A stretch of DNA of 62,452 nt, counting the filler, from Catajapyx aquilonaris (taxonomy: Eukaryota), in assembly GCA_000934665.2 (NCBI GenBank). It is 4 parts of 4 records of this genome, joined end to end, with 100 filler letters (N's around TTAATTAATTAA, not from the genome) between each part and the next. Parts side by side here need not be neighbours in the genome. Positions count along the whole stretch, not along the records: positions 1 to 15,516 come from JYFJ02007476.1; 3 more parts are not named here. One strand, 5' to 3'. Below the pieces are notes generated by a model that saw nothing but the letters and a program-made list of their open reading frames with translations, had not been told where the DNA came from and did no database searches. Position 1 is the first letter of the stretch. Each line of letters begins with the position of its first letter. The position numbers and the translations under genes are program-made. Of this stretch, positions 1 to 13,441 are shown piece by piece.

Positions 1-1497
1 TCAACCCCTTGGAGGAGGCTAGTTTGGGTCCTCTGGAATGCAGGGGTGTGGGGCTAGGGTAGGAGGGGAAGAAGAGAAAGTGCCTGTCCTGACAGGTTTT
101 GAGTGGGGTTGGTGGGTGGTTGGGCTTTGTCAAGGAGGAGGACAAAGGGGCTTGGAGGGTGGGAGCCTGGGAGGCCATTTGATTGATCTGTTCTGTGCAG
201 GGTAGGTAAAAGAGCAAGCTGGTCTGACTGTGTAGTTTTGTGCTCACCTGCAGATTGATTTCCACTGAAGCCTTTTGTTCTTGGGAAACTGGGACACAGT
301 TGAGATCTTCAGGGTGACCCAAAAGGCTGGGGCGGAAGGTTTTCAATGAGGGTCCTGACTTTTGGGCCACCCTGCAGAACTGAGGAGTAACCAGGCAGGC
401 CTTATTTTACCACTAAATGTTTGTGATCATCAGTTAATCAATAGTGGTGATTTGATGATTAATTTTGAGGATGCTATGGATTCTAAACTAGGGGAATTTG
501 AGTAGTTTGAGTTGAAGTCTTTCTTGGGATCTGTATGGCATGTCACGTGTGTGACCCACTGCATTAAAAAGAGAGGTTTTCAGTGCTAAACTTTTCACTC
601 GACACTTTACGGTTAGACAATTTTTTTTAAAGCTGGAAAGGATTACTTGATAAGTACAAATGGTGTTATATGACAAATGCTTGCATTAATAATTCAAATT
701 CCATTGGCATTATCCATCCTTATAATCAAATTAAATTTATATTTCATAATGTGTTGACACTTCCGCTTTAATTTTACAACTCATTTTATGCATGTGTTAT
801 TTTACCATGGCATCTAACTCTGCCCCATGTTTACAGATTTTTAAAACACCGTCCACCTTGGCTTCAACCAACACCCTGAAGTCAACCTGGCATGGAGTTT
901 CATCTAGGTCAGCTGTCGAGTCACCCTTCAATCTTCAGTTTATCATCGAGGATCCAGGCGCATTTGGTCAAGATTTCCATGAGATGGGATGAATCTCTGC
1001 CGCTGATTCGTGCTCAAATCAGGTAATTGTGGCCCAAGCGTATTTTACGTCTGGCACATTGGTTGGCACGCACAGTTGGTGGGCATTGGTGTATCCTACA
1101 CAACGTAATCCTCGGGTACAGTGTGGGCAATGCTGCTGTTGCACCATGAAAAGCCCAAAACTCAATCAGACCACCACATTATTTTGGGCTGCTTTTTCAC
1201 AGTTACATTGATCAATATTGACGTATTGTGCTAGTCTCAAAGAACTTTTAGTTGATAGTGATGAGTTTAGGTTTTCATTTCTGCCATCCATTTTAACAGG
1301 ATTTGGGCAGTGCACCACCACGTATTGTTTCGATTAGGATAAGAAAGCTGCGAGTAACAGTTATTGTCTGTTCACTTAAGTGGCAAATTGAGCGATGTAT
1401 GACAACCTGGGACCTTCAAATACTGTTCGAAGTGTGTACTGTAGTTTTTCACAAGTGCAGTAGAATGGAAACAATGTCATGATTTTGGTGTAATGTA

Positions 1498-3033
1498 CAG
1501 TGCTGCACTAATTCGCTGTCGCTGAATGTTTTGTTTCCGTTGGCGACGGCACTGCGTTACCTGGCAACCCCGTCCGGCGAGTCAATTAAAACACCTGCAC
1601 ATGGAGAGTGCTTCGATTGTTGCCACTGTTTACAAATCGAGGGAGTGACGCGGACGACCCAGCGACGGGTCTCTTCTGCCGGCTTACACAGTATCTGCAG
1701 GGATACGCAGGAGAAAACGGGAAAATAATGATGTTAGAAGCAAACCACTTTGGGCAAATATTATCCCTGGACTCAAAGAAAGGTCTTCGTCCACAGCACA
1801 TGAAATATATTCCACCCCTGAGGAGGGGGTGTCAATAATTAAGATCAAGGGCGTGCTAATTGAAAGTGCGTCAACTCGCGGATTCTTTGGGTTTTTGTGT
1901 CTTTTCCACGTACTTCGACACCTCTAAGACGAATGGAGACCATGCCCTGTATGACAGACACCACGTCAGTCCCGTAATTGGTCCCCAAAGACGTCATATC
2001 TCAAAATGGCTTCCGCTGTTCCGCATATAGGCCTACGCGTACCTGTCGTTCACGTCATATTCGCACCAGGAAGAGATACTCTCTAAAAAAAATAGAGTTA
2101 AAAAAACTCAAGTTGGGTTCTTTTTAACTCTTTTAACCTTGAAAGTGGTCATTACCAAAAATGAGTTATAATAACTCTTTCGCTGGAGTTAAAACAACTC
2201 TTTCAGTTCATTTCATCCTCCGAAAGAGTTATTCATTAACTCTTTCGGAGGATGAAATGAACTAAAAGAGTTGTTTGAACTCCAGCAAAGAGTTATTATA
2301 ACTCATTTTTGGTAATGACCACTTTCAAGGTTTAAAAGAGTTAATTTAACTCTTATTTTTTTAGAGAGTACACGACTAACGCTTGTTGCAGGTGTTCATA
2401 TTATTGTGTCCAACCCCTGTATGTGTCATGTTAGTCGTGTATCTCTTCCTGGTGCGAATATGACGTGAACGGCAGTTACTCGTAGGCCTATATGCGGAAC
2501 AGCGGAAGCCATTTTGAGATATGACGTCTTTGGGGACAAATTACGCGACTGACGTGGTGTCTGACATACGGGGCATGGTCTCCATTCGTCTAAGAGGTGT
2601 CGAAGTACGCGGAAAAGACACAAAAACTGAAAGAATCCGTCAGTTGACAGCTTGACTCACTTTCAATTAGCACACCCCTGACCTTAATCATTGGCACCCC
2701 CTCCTCAGGGGTGGAATATTGTGTGTCGTGTGCTGTGGACGAAAACCTTTCTTTGAGTCCAGGGATAATATTTTCCCAACGTGGTTTGCTTCTAACATCA
2801 TTATTTTCCTGGGTTCTCCTGCGTATCCCTGCCGATACGGTGTGGGCAGGAAAAAGAGACCCGTCGCTGGGTCGTTCGCGTCACTCACGCAATTTGTAAA
2901 CAGTGGCAACAATCGAAGCACTCTCCATGTGCTGGTGTTTGAATTGGCCCGCCGGACGGGGTTGCCAGGTAACGCAGCGCCGCCGCCGACGGAAAAAAAA
3001 AACATTCAGTGACGGCTAATTTGTCCAGCACTG
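1498..3033. mobile_element. Fold-back non-autonomous DNA transposon (Tc1/mariner-like ends) with ~600-bp inverted arms
   Basis: TA|CAGTGCTG... at 1496-1505 and ...CAGCACTG|TA at 3026-3035. 1498-2078 plus 2369-2380 is the reverse complement of ~2430-3033, and the mirror ORFs 1608+/2688- and 1586-/2719+ reflect this. Confidence 0.85.
2079..2368. mobile_element. Palindromic MITE nested in the left arm of the fold-back element
   Basis: TIRs CTCTCTAAAAAAAATA / TATTTTTTTAGAGAG with a TA duplication. The opposite arm of the host shows the empty site AGAGATACACGAC. The element is itself a near-perfect hairpin centred near 2234. Confidence 0.85.
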
Positions 3034-3098
3034 TACACATTGGCTGCAATCGTGACAGTTTTTCGCATAAATCTGGATTGATTGCTTTTAATTTCACT

Positions 3099-3413
3099 AC
3101 AAGGATAGGGAGACCCCATTACATCTTGCTGCCTCCCATAACCACGTGGAGACGGTCAGGCTGCTGCTGAGGAAGGGCGCGCACTTGGAAGCCGCAAACA
3201 AATCCGGCCAGACCCCTCTCCATCTGGCGGCCTACCATGGTTTGAAGGTTGGAGAAGGGGGCCAAGTTGGAGGCCACCACTGCGGATGGGTGGACCCCTC
3301 TGCATGTGGCGGCCTATCGTGGCCACGAAGATGTAGTGGCCTTCCTGGTGGAAAAGGGGGCCGACATGGAGGCCACCACCACCACCAAACGCCAAAGACC
3401 ACAAGATCTGGCT
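3099..3413 (+). pseudogene. Truncated, frameshifted copy of the ankyrin-repeat ORF at 13442-14110
   Basis: Near-identical to the reverse complement of ~13550-13872 (ETPLHLAASHNHVETVRLLL...GWTPLHVAAYRGH). A 17-nt deletion near 3250 shifts the frame. Confidence 0.8.
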
Positions 3414-4181
3414 AGTAGAGATGACAGATCATGGAGATAGATGGAGGGTACAAGGAGACCGACAAGCAAGAGAGGAAGAGGATGAGGTAAGTTGTATGTT
3501 AAAGTTGAGGATTGAAGAAGCTGGAGTGCCATCATTGTGTCTGTGGCAACGATAGCGATAGACATCAGCAAAAGAAGGATGAGACCGGCACATGTCTAAA
3601 TGATAACTCCTTTATAGTACAGTATTATAAGCTAACTAGGAAATAGTTTTGTTAAAAGATTTATCCATTTCATAAGTGCAGGATGTGGAAAATGTAGGAT
3701 TTACGGTGCCTAACATTGCTTATTTCGTGGTTTTGGGAACTATTTTGCCTTTTTGCGACTTTTCATGCCTATTCAGCCATTTTTGGGTTGGTTTTTGAAC
3801 TTTTTGAAGCAATTTCTGGACTTCATGGACCTATTTTTTCAGAGGCATGTTTGGTTTTTTTTGTGGAGTATTTTTTGTGCTCCTGAAAGGTCCAAAATCG
3901 TTCAGAAGTAATACGAATTTCCATGACGCGAATGCCAAGTAATTTTCAAAATGTTCCTCTGATTGTTCCAAACAGGAAAATTTAGAAAAATAATTGGTAA
4001 CATATTGTGCAAGCGGATACTGGCTATAAGCGGTAAGAGTCCAGAGCTAGGGACACTTACTTGCGCTTCGTGTCTTATGCCCAAGTTTCGTGATTTCATG
4101 TCAGTTTATCGTTGTTATTTGATTTTTGCTGCTGTTATTTGCTGGGATGCTGGTTGGTGACCTTAAATTTATACTTAAGGC

Positions 4182-4696
4182 CAGGGCTGTTCAACTAGTT
4201 TATGACAAGGTCAAGTATTTACCTTTACTGGGCCATTGAAGGTCTGGAACAACCCCCCACCCCCGCTAAAGTTATTGATATTATATGGTACCGCATGGTT
4301 CATTTTTGAAAATAGAAACATGTGCAGCAATGGTAGAAGGCCCTATCAAGACAGGACATATAATTATTAAGACATTTTTCGCCCTTTACGATGTCCTGTA
4401 CGGGCGCGTAGGCAGAGAATTTTTTGGAGGGGGGCCCATTTCATAAGCACAAGGTGAACAAGCCGTAAGTGGCGGAGAGCAAGCCTGCCGCAGGCGCAAA
4501 TTTTTTAGGGGGGTTCCAGGTTACGCGAGCTTAGATGAATGTGAGAGATTTGAATGGTTGTGTATTAATGAAATTGCTAGCATTTCCCCCCCAAAAAAAT
4601 CACGTATTAGTAATTTCTAATGCTATTTCAAACTGTCCTGTAGATCGTCGCTGTCCGGGCAAAATTGCGCCGCGGTCCACCTGTTGAATAGCCCTG
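4182..4696. mobile_element. hAT-type MITE
   Basis: TIRs CAGGGCTGTTCAAC / GTTGAATAGCCCTG; 8-bp TSD CTTAAGGC / CTTTAGGC (7 of 8 match). Confidence 0.7.
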
Positions 4697-5532
4697 CTTT
4701 AGGCCTATAAAATTATTCTAGCACGTCTTATTTTCTGTAACATTATCCTCCATACTCCCGAAAGTATAAATATTTTGTGCCTATTTGAGGTATTTTTGTG
4801 CCAAATTTGGATTTTTTTCGCGCTTACAAATCTGGACCCTACTCATTATGAATCTTTAGGACTAAATGGACTTCACCAAGCAGTAGCGATTATGTCATGG
4901 TGTAAATAACCCAAACCAGGATGTTCCGAGTAAGCAGATCTCTGTAGTCCTGGGAAATTTTGGTCAAGGCTCTTTATTTTTATTATGTAGTTTATTGTGC
5001 CCCTGTCAAGGTCCCCTATTTTTATATTTTTAATGACCTGGGAATAATTGGGCACCTGGATTGGGGTGTAAAAGGTAACAAAAAAATAACTACTTTCAGC
5101 AATATTAGTGATAACTAAAAGCAACCCTGATACTTGGAATACCCTGCACATGGGTAGTCCTTGTATGACTTATCATCGAGCTTATCATTTTAAAATCTTG
5201 TTTTGCTGGAAATTAACCCTGTCAGTGGGGAATCAAACCAAGGTGGACGAGATTATCTGAAGTGGGATGAACTGGGCCATGATGGTGTATATGAGAACCC
5301 AAACCCACTCAGGAGTTTGTGAACGTAATTTTTGAACTGTAATGCCAATGAATCAAGTGACGAGACAGAGCCCAAGGATGCTTTTTGAAGCCAGTGCGTG
5401 GAACTTTTTAAATGATGTTAAATAGAATGATCTAGGCCTCTAAGGGCATAGTTTGGGGAAATTGTCACAAATTTTTTATGCATTCATGCCCATTTAGCAC
5501 ATTATCCTTTTTTAATTCACTTTATAAAGGGG

Positions 5533-6310
5533 AACCAAGAAAATACGGATAGACTATTGTTTATCCGCACCTTAACAACACGGTCGGTGGTAGGCGGGCG
5601 GGCGGGCGGCCTCCCGACGGTTGGCAACGTTGCGTTGCAAACAATCGGGTGCCTATTGATGCTGCTGCATGGTTACATGGAACTGTGCTTTATTCTTCTT
5701 TTCCAGCTTTCGGGGATTCAATTCGGGATTTTGAGGTGATTAAGTGGATGGAATAGCTCTTTGTCTTGGTGTTGCTGTATGGTTTTTTGTTACCACAAAA
5801 GTACTGTACATTGTTGTGGCCTTGCCAGGCACGCCACGTCACCCGTGCGTGATATTTTTAGTTTTTGTGGAGCGACAGCGGAGCTGGGCGCTTATTGTGG
5901 GTTTCGGTATTCGCAACATTTACTGTCCGTCTTGTGGCGCCGCAGGCCAACGAATGTTATTGTGGCTTTTCCAAGCGCGAAGTACGCCTTCACACAGTCC
6001 GTTAAACCAACGAACTACATGACAGCAAGTTCCACCCGTCTCTCCCCACGACTCACTCAGCACGCCTTATGGTGTGACATCATGTCGTTCTCTGGGTTAA
6101 CGGACTGCAGTAACCATCATGGTTTTCATATTCCCACCTCCTTAATTAATACTGTGGTCCTAGCACTCGTCCGAACGGTTCGCGTGGCAGGGGTGAGAAG
6201 ATGCCCTTTGTTATGCTCTCCCGGCAACCGGTTGTTTGCGACGCGTAGCCAACATGTTTGGAGCACACGGCGCCGTGCCAATACCGACGCGTCGCTAGGT
6301 GCGGATAGAC
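5533..6310. mobile_element. Helentron/DINE-1-like non-autonomous element (candidate)
   Basis: Terminal hairpin CGGATAGAC-TATT-GTTTATCCG, overlapping sub-terminal IR GTTTATCCGCACCT matched by AGGTGCGGATAGAC at 6297-6310, and a (GGGC)n microsatellite just inside. Confidence 0.45.
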
Positions 6311-6957
6311 TTTCCGAAAATACTGCATGGATTAGGTGGGTTTTTTCAACATTTCAGCCCCCCTCCCCACCGCCAACACCCTATCACATTTTTATTAGGC
6401 CTATGTTTTGTAAATTTTAACTGAGCTGACTACTAGGTCAGAAAGTGAGTAGATTTATCCCAACCCCATGCAACTCTCACCCCTTTTTTATGGTGAAGTA
6501 GTTTAATTAGAGAGTGTCCTTCTTGGTGCTGGCATCGCGCAGTGTGGCGATCGGGGTACAGATCCACTCGGTGGATGCCTTCTGAACCAACCCGACCAGT
6601 CAATACTACAGCACCCTTTACCCCATTCCGCAGATTCGCTCACAGCCAGGTGAGTGAGTCTGGCAACCTATTCGCCCCAGTAGGCCCCAGTGAGCGATGC
6701 CAGCGCCAACTTCCAGGCTGTTGAAGACTCTTATGTTAAACTACTGTATCGTAGGAGTTGGGTGGGACTGAGATATCCACTGACATGGATCTCGGTTGAC
6801 AACTGGCATGCAAGTCATTCCCGAGATCTGCGATGTGGTCATGTAAGACATGAACCTGTGGTGTGATGTGCATTGTTTGACTCTGGTGGGTGCATAGTTA
6901 ATGCACCAAAGTGAAACAGTTCTGGTCAAAACTGCCACTTGCATTGTGTTTAGAATA

Positions 6958-7253
6958 CACTGTACTCCTGATTATCTAGGATAATGGCTGCACGCGTGTT
7001 GCCGGATAATCGGAAAAGACGGATAATCGGAAAATGGTCCTATACAAACCGTCAAAGAAGCTATTCAGTTTTTAAATGAATGACAGTACATACTGTATTC
7101 TACTTTAAATTAGATTCAACCAAAATTAGAAAAAATTTTGTTGGTTTTTTCGTTTGTCTTCTGGGAAAATGGAGAAAAATGGATATTTTTTTGGACTGTT
7201 CTTTGTTTTAGCCATGCACTGATAATCCGCACCCGGATAATCGGGAGTACAGT
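6958..7253. mobile_element. pogo/Tigger-like MITE (uninterrupted copy)
   Basis: TA|CACTGTACTCCTGATTATC ... GATAATCGGGAGTACAGTC|TA with internal CGGATAATCGG repeats. Same family as the split copy at 32772-35322. Confidence 0.7.
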
Positions 7254-8449
7254 CTATTTATTATCAGTGTTTATTGGGTAATGGCTTGACTCTACACTGA
7301 CAGAATAATAATTTTCCCCATTTTCTCATTGACAGGTTGTGCAAGTACTGCATGTGCTGCCAAAGCCCCAGACAATGCTGCCATTATGCCAGCAAGCTTA
7401 CCAACTGATGCTTGGGTTTGGCTGGACACACTCTTGAGCTTACTGCCATCAGGTCAAGAAACTGGATGCTGGAGGGTGGTTCCAGAACTGACATTGCCAT
7501 ATGTCAACTTAGAGAGTCAACGATCTTCGTCCTATGGTCAAGCTGCCTTCTAGAGTTCCACCTGAATGGACTAACTAACCTATTGATATACCTACCCTGC
7601 CTTGCTCCAGTGCCGTTCCCCTCTGCAAGCAGGTGCCTGCCAGGTTTCCATGCGATAACAATGTACAGTCCTTACTAACAACAAATGCTTGACAAAAAAG
7701 GAGATAGATCCTGAGAGCAACTAACATTTTGTAAATCCAATGGACTCGGTCTATCTTCTTGCCAAAGATTCCCGATATAGCATGTTGCTTTAGGCATGGT
7801 AGCCACGTTGAACTGGTAGTACTTGCCGCTTTGAGTTGTGTTTCCAATGTGTCAGAAAAAACTTAAAATCGATAATATCAGAGTTGACTTGAGCCCCCAA
7901 AAAATAAGAGAGAGAACAATACTGGAGGACTGAGAGAGGAGGGACTTGGAGGAGCACCATGATGATGGAGAGGCCTTTGGGAAGGAGGGAAGGGAAGGGC
8001 TTCAATCCCCCAACCATCAAGAGATCCCTTGCGGGATGCTGGCGGGGACAACGTGAGGGTGGCAGTTGGGAAGAAGACACAGGGGCCTAATCCACGCCTT
8101 CTCCTCGTTCAAAACTAGATGCAACACACACTGTTGCTGCCTGGAAGGCTCAAGTCTTCTCATGTACCATTAAATAACAAGATGTAATCAAAGTTGGCAA
8201 GCACATGAGACAAGCTGTTGCAGTATCTGCATTGGGGTCAGATATTTTCTTTGGCTACACATTGAGCGTGAAATTTCCTGCTTAGTCACAAAACTAGTAT
8301 CAGTGGGAGGTCAGTGGCAGTGACTGACACGCCCTCTTGTCTTGGTTGACCAAGCAGACATGCAAGACAGCCCTAGTCCTGGCTGGTTTCCTGATGCCCT
8401 TTTGTGTTTGTTTCATCATTTAAGCATGGGTCAAGAACCACCCTAATTC

Positions 8450-8760
8450 CACATGCCAAATGTGGGTTCAACAGTTGTTCAACAGTTGTCCCACTTTTGC
8501 ATATTCCAGTACCCAGACAGCCACAGTTAAATGATAGGTGGTGACAACGTCACCTAGAACCCAAATTTTGATTCCACCTTTTATTGGTTGAGGTGGCATA
8601 TGTTTCAAAAACATGCATGGTCATAAACCAGATATTCGTGCATATACTGCAAGTTATTGACCTGGGTTTGAAAAATATTGTACTTGACTACTCGGATGAT
8701 CGTATGAGGGGTCGAATTTTGAAGAACTTATCTTGGGCAGGGTACAGGATTTTCGACAGC
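8450..8760 (-). pseudogene. Degenerate piggyBac transposase fragment
   Basis: Minus-strand translation gives KIRPLI and MPPQPIKGGIKIWVLGDVVTTY, matching piggyBac DDE_Tnp_1_7 core motifs. Frame is interrupted. Confidence 0.55.
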
Positions 8761-9939
8761 AAATTCATGTGACTGTTATTTACATATCTTTTCCTCCGCA
8801 CATGAGCAAGCTATTTGGCTCCCATACCTCAAGAGTGTTGCAATATTTTACCTTTGAGTTCTACCATTGTGTGGTAATTGTATAAGTACTTGTGGGACTG
8901 AGAAAGCTAAAAACGCTACTACAGAAATTCCATATTACACACAGCCTCTTTGCTGCGAACAATAATCACCTGTACACAAAAGAAGCCACACTAAGCTGCA
9001 GATTTAGACTGGTATAAATGACTGACTGTTACATGCTCATGCTCTTTAACCCTATGACTCCAGGCAGGGGTATTAGAATTTTTTCCTCCCGGCCATTAGG
9101 GGTGGGTTGCTTTTGCATTTTTTAGTTCATTCCTGGGCCATCTCTCAGGGGCCAATGTCATGTAGGTGGATAGAGCGTCACTGTAGGAAGATATTACAAT
9201 ATACATTGAAAAGCACTCAATGCACAGGTGGTCTCTGTAGGATTTAATTAAAAGTCGTAACTCGCATTCCATGAAAGAGATGGCGTGGCCTGCCGTCCAT
9301 GTAATCCACTCATTTGCATCAACATATATTTTACACAATTACTACATCTTCCAATAAGCTACAATAAGCGCGCTTGTAATTAAACATTTCACCCATGTGT
9401 TACAGATTTTATAACACCCCACACCTGGCCGCTAGGTATTTTCACCTGCTAGGAGCCCGCCTATTGCGCAGCGGCTCCGCCCTCCTCAGCTCAAGGACAG
9501 AGGGTGTCTGCCTGCCTGCGCGAATTCAAACCAGTGTCCTTGGTGTCTGTGGATCAATTTATTTATTTTATCTGGATGTACTGCATATTTTTGAACGAAA
9601 TTTGTGGTGTAATGCGAGGGAAGGAGTGTGAACTCTTTACTTAGCATCCAAGGTTACAGGACAAGTTTTACTGGGAAATTTGTACAAAAATGTGAAAACG
9701 CAAAATTTCCTCAACAAAAGGTGTTCATCATCATCATAGCTTTCATCTGGTCGGCGGGCAGCAACGGCCACTTGGGCGACCAACACAGCACAACACTTCA
9801 ATATTATGTTTTGTGAAAGTCGGAGTTGATACACCAGGGGCTTTCACAGCGCTCTCTTGAGTCACTCTTCTCTGCCCAGTGATACCTTGAAGTTGCAGTA
9901 GAACTGCCTGCAGCAAGTTGACGAGACGGACCAGCTTTT

Positions 9940-10602
9940 GACACAATGAGTGGTGCGACCAGTTCAAGTTGGAATTTCTTTTGCGTAATTTTGGATATGC
10001 CTACATGTGATAATTCATACCACGGTAATCTTGTGTCAAGGACATTACAACTCGTGAAGCCAATCCGCCATGCTTTATTTTTCAGTATAAATATAAAAAT
10101 TTAGTAGGGAACCCGTTTTTGAATCAGAGAGGGCCCAAGGGTTTTTTTTGGCATGTAAGTTACTGTGAAAAGCTGATCCTGGATTTTGTTCCGAGCATTT
10201 GTTCATCCACTGTGAGTTGTTGTGAGAGGTGGAAAATCTTGCTGCTGGTATTGCGCAGTCATAAACTGGACGAATTTTGAAGAGCTTATCATGAGCTGGA
10301 TCGTCTATTGGCTTCATTTGGGTATTATCATGCAAGTGCAAGGTGTGCAAAATTAGCGAAAATCTGTCACGAGAAAGTACTTTACGGTAACAATCAATCG
10401 CGAACCACGAGTTTGTGCTCCAGTAGTCCCGCACTCTTGGTCGCCTGTCAACCCCCACGGCAATCACCAAACCAATAAATGCCGACATCCCTTCGTAGGT
10501 CACATCCGACCACGCGACCTCGTGGGATGGACCGGAAGTACGGTTCATGTCAATGGATGCAGCATATACTATGTTAGTTTGGCGCACCATGTCACGGATC
10601 AC
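9940..10602 (-). pseudogene. piggyBac-derived (PGBD-like) transposase relic
   Basis: ORF 10075-10602 contains AFIGLVIAVG, RDYWST, LSRDRFSLILHTLHLHDN, DKLFKIRP, DSKTGSLLNFYIYT. It continues after a stop as HGGLASRVVMSLTQ; frameshifted. Confidence 0.85.
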
Positions 10603-11162
10603 CGTGAGAAGAATAGCATAAAAATGGACAAGAATATGTTATGGGTGCCTGTACTCATAGCCAAGGCACTTCGTACCATTGCTGTTAGCCCCATGGGAGG
10701 CCCTGAAAATGGCAGGCTGGAATTGGGAATACTGAGATGAGGCGTATTGTGGAATGTCCAGGTGTCGTGAATCCAAACCACAGGTTGTTGGTTTGGCTGC
10801 AGGCAGTTATTCCACATTTTCCACAGGAAAGCAATATGCTTTTCTGTAATGTCTGGCTTTTCCAATAGCTGCTGTCAGTTGTCAAATGTTTATATAAATC
10901 CCAGTTTCTCGTAGCTGGTCTTTATTGCATTAAGCAAGCTTGGAGGATGGTTGCCCCATGCAGATCAAAGCACAGGTTGTGAAAAAGAGGCAGTAATAAT
11001 AATAATATGTTCCATCATTGAATCAACCTGGACTTTTCCGGCTCCACTCTCTCCAGCTCCACTCTCTCCAGCACTCTTTGCAATTGCATCTTCATGCGAT
11101 ACGATGTTTCCAGGTGGTTCCAGAGTATTTTATATCTGATAATCGCACCTCAGTTTCTTCAA

Positions 11163-12260
11163 CTATGTCCACGGTAGTGGAGTCGTGATCAATTCAGATC
11201 CAAGTATTAATTGGTTCCACACAAGGCTCCACTTGTTCATTACAATTATATGAATGTCTACTATGGGATGTGGAAGTCTCCATGGAATGTACTTTATGGA
11301 TATGTTTGCACAGGAGATTGTTTTCTGTCCAGTCACACCTGTACTATGAACACCCAAGAGTGAATTTATATGGGAATTCTGAACCCAGAGGACATAATTA
11401 GACCACTCAATTTTCAACAGAACTGAAATGAAATTGTCCACCCTGCTGTTTCCCTTTTTCTCAAAATAATCATTCTTAAGCCTGCTGTGGAACTGGTCAG
11501 TTTGTTTTGCCACGAGAAAAATCTGGTCAGCAGATTGCCCACAGTTGTTGTCTGGGAAGGTAGTAACCCTTGAAGAATTTCGCAGATCCAGGGCAAGCAG
11601 CGTATTCTATCAAAAACAAGTCCAGCTGAGCTTTAGACTTGTGAACGTGGGAAATATAAAGAACATTGTCCAAATGTTTTGTCATTTTGGCCTGGTCACA
11701 TTTGGGAATGCCATCAATGCATCTTTCCAGTTCCTTGCAACATGAAAGTGTAGTAAGTGGTAATAACGACCCTGCAGGTGCTGTGGCTGCTGCTGCCCGT
11801 GACAGTGTGATACGCCATCGGGTCACTTGTGAACTGCTGTTGATGTTGCGTGGTAGGGTTATTCAGATCTATATGACCGCCAGTGTCTGTTGATCTTGAG
11901 AGTTAGTTGGTTTGGTTTATTAGGAAGAAGCCAAGGAAACTGTGGCTGTCTGGCTATAGAAGATTTTATGATTACTGTCTCCATGGTGAGACCCATCTGA
12001 CACAGTGAAGTTATACAAGTAAAATCCATAGGAATTGGTGCCATGAGTTGAATCAATTCATGGGACATGCTTCACACCCTTTTACACGGATTATCTCCAC
12101 CTCCTGCTACAGGAGTTGTATCATATGAGCAGTTATGAGCAGAGTGATAGGTCAGGAGTAACGACCAGCCCCCGGGATATGCTCCCGGGGAACTGGCCTG
12201 GAGCATACGTGGGTGGTTGGTTAAGTAGTAAGGTGAGAACAATGCATGATGGGTACTCAC
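11163..12260 (-). pseudogene. Mutator/MULE-like transposase relic
   Basis: Fragments KFFKGYYLPRQQLWA and FHSRLKNDYFEKKGNSRVDNFISVLL resemble the MULE C-terminal W..R...TNN..E..H..LK.....R.D..I..L region. Split over several frames. Confidence 0.55.
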
Positions 12261-13203
12261 GAAGGTGAAACAGGAGTTACGTATTTAACAGAATGCATGA
12301 TGGTTAACAGACCTTCGCAGCTAACGGTATATACATAGATGGAGAAATAGGTCAACCTCGCCAATGCAACTGGCATTGGTAAATGGGGGAGGCAACAACA
12401 ACTCGAAAAGAAAAAAGGGTGATGGAATGGGCCAACGACCCCCTGTCATTCAGGAAAGTCACAACTCCAACACACGTTCTATTTTGTTTTTTTATTAACC
12501 ACTGATCTCGCAAATTATTACAGTAACGCTGATTTACAAAAAATATCAACAAGAATTGTTTGTAAAGCCGTACAGTATGTTGCACAGGAAATTACTTTCA
12601 GCACATTTATTGCATAACGAGACCGGTGTGAATATTACAGTGTATAATTTTAGAGCCCCCTCTCATAATCCTACTTACTACAATATGGGAGTACATTGTT
12701 TAACATAACGTTCTATAATTTTAGCACAATTTGACAAACATTACTAGGACAACTAATGCAGGTTTATCTGCCTATAATAGACCCATAAAGTATGCAGTGG
12801 AAATGGAGTGGATGGTCTCTGGGACATCCTGCTTTGTGAATATGGACAAGATATCGTATGTGATGGGGTGTGGTGTGACGAATGATGCTTAAGCCTTACT
12901 TCTCAAGGTGAAATTACTCTGGTTTCTCATAGATGTTTTGGCGGAAAGCAAATGAAACACTTTTTGCACTCTATACATACCATCTGCCAGACCATTCATC
13001 TTCATCACACATTCACTCTTCGTTGGCAGCATGTGCTACTCCCCATCCACCATTTGCCACAATCTCGACGGCGCCGGGGACGGCTGCATGAGCCGGCATG
13101 TCGGGCTGCAGGAAAAATAATCGGTGTCGTGAAAATTACTAATAGCTTCTGCCAAATGGGGTAAATTAATAATAATAATAATAATAAAATGTATGTAAAC
13201 CCT

Positions 13204-13434
13204 CTACTCCGCGACAGCCCGCCGCCGCTTCCAACTTCTCTGGCTGTTGTCCAACTCTCTCTGTTCAGCCCTTATGGATGTGGCAACCTCGTCTCGTCCA
13301 TTTGCCTCAGCCAGATCTTGTGGTCTTTGGCGTTTGGTGGTGGCCTCCATGTCGGCCCCCTTTTCCTCCAGGAAGGCCACCACATCTTCGTGGCCACGGT
13401 AGGCCGCCACATGCAGAGGGGTCCACCCATCCAT
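13204..13434 (-). repeat. Tandem duplicate of the last ankyrin repeat and C-terminus
   Basis: 13229-13433 is nearly identical to 13469-13670. It retains GHED (GHD in the upstream copy) and ends ...SWKRRRAVAE*. Confidence 0.85.
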
Positions 13435-13441
13435 GCATACT

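Noticed and set aside
1..400. Purine-skewed segment, possibly a LINE ORF1 relic on the minus strand
   Set aside because: Too degraded to support a call.
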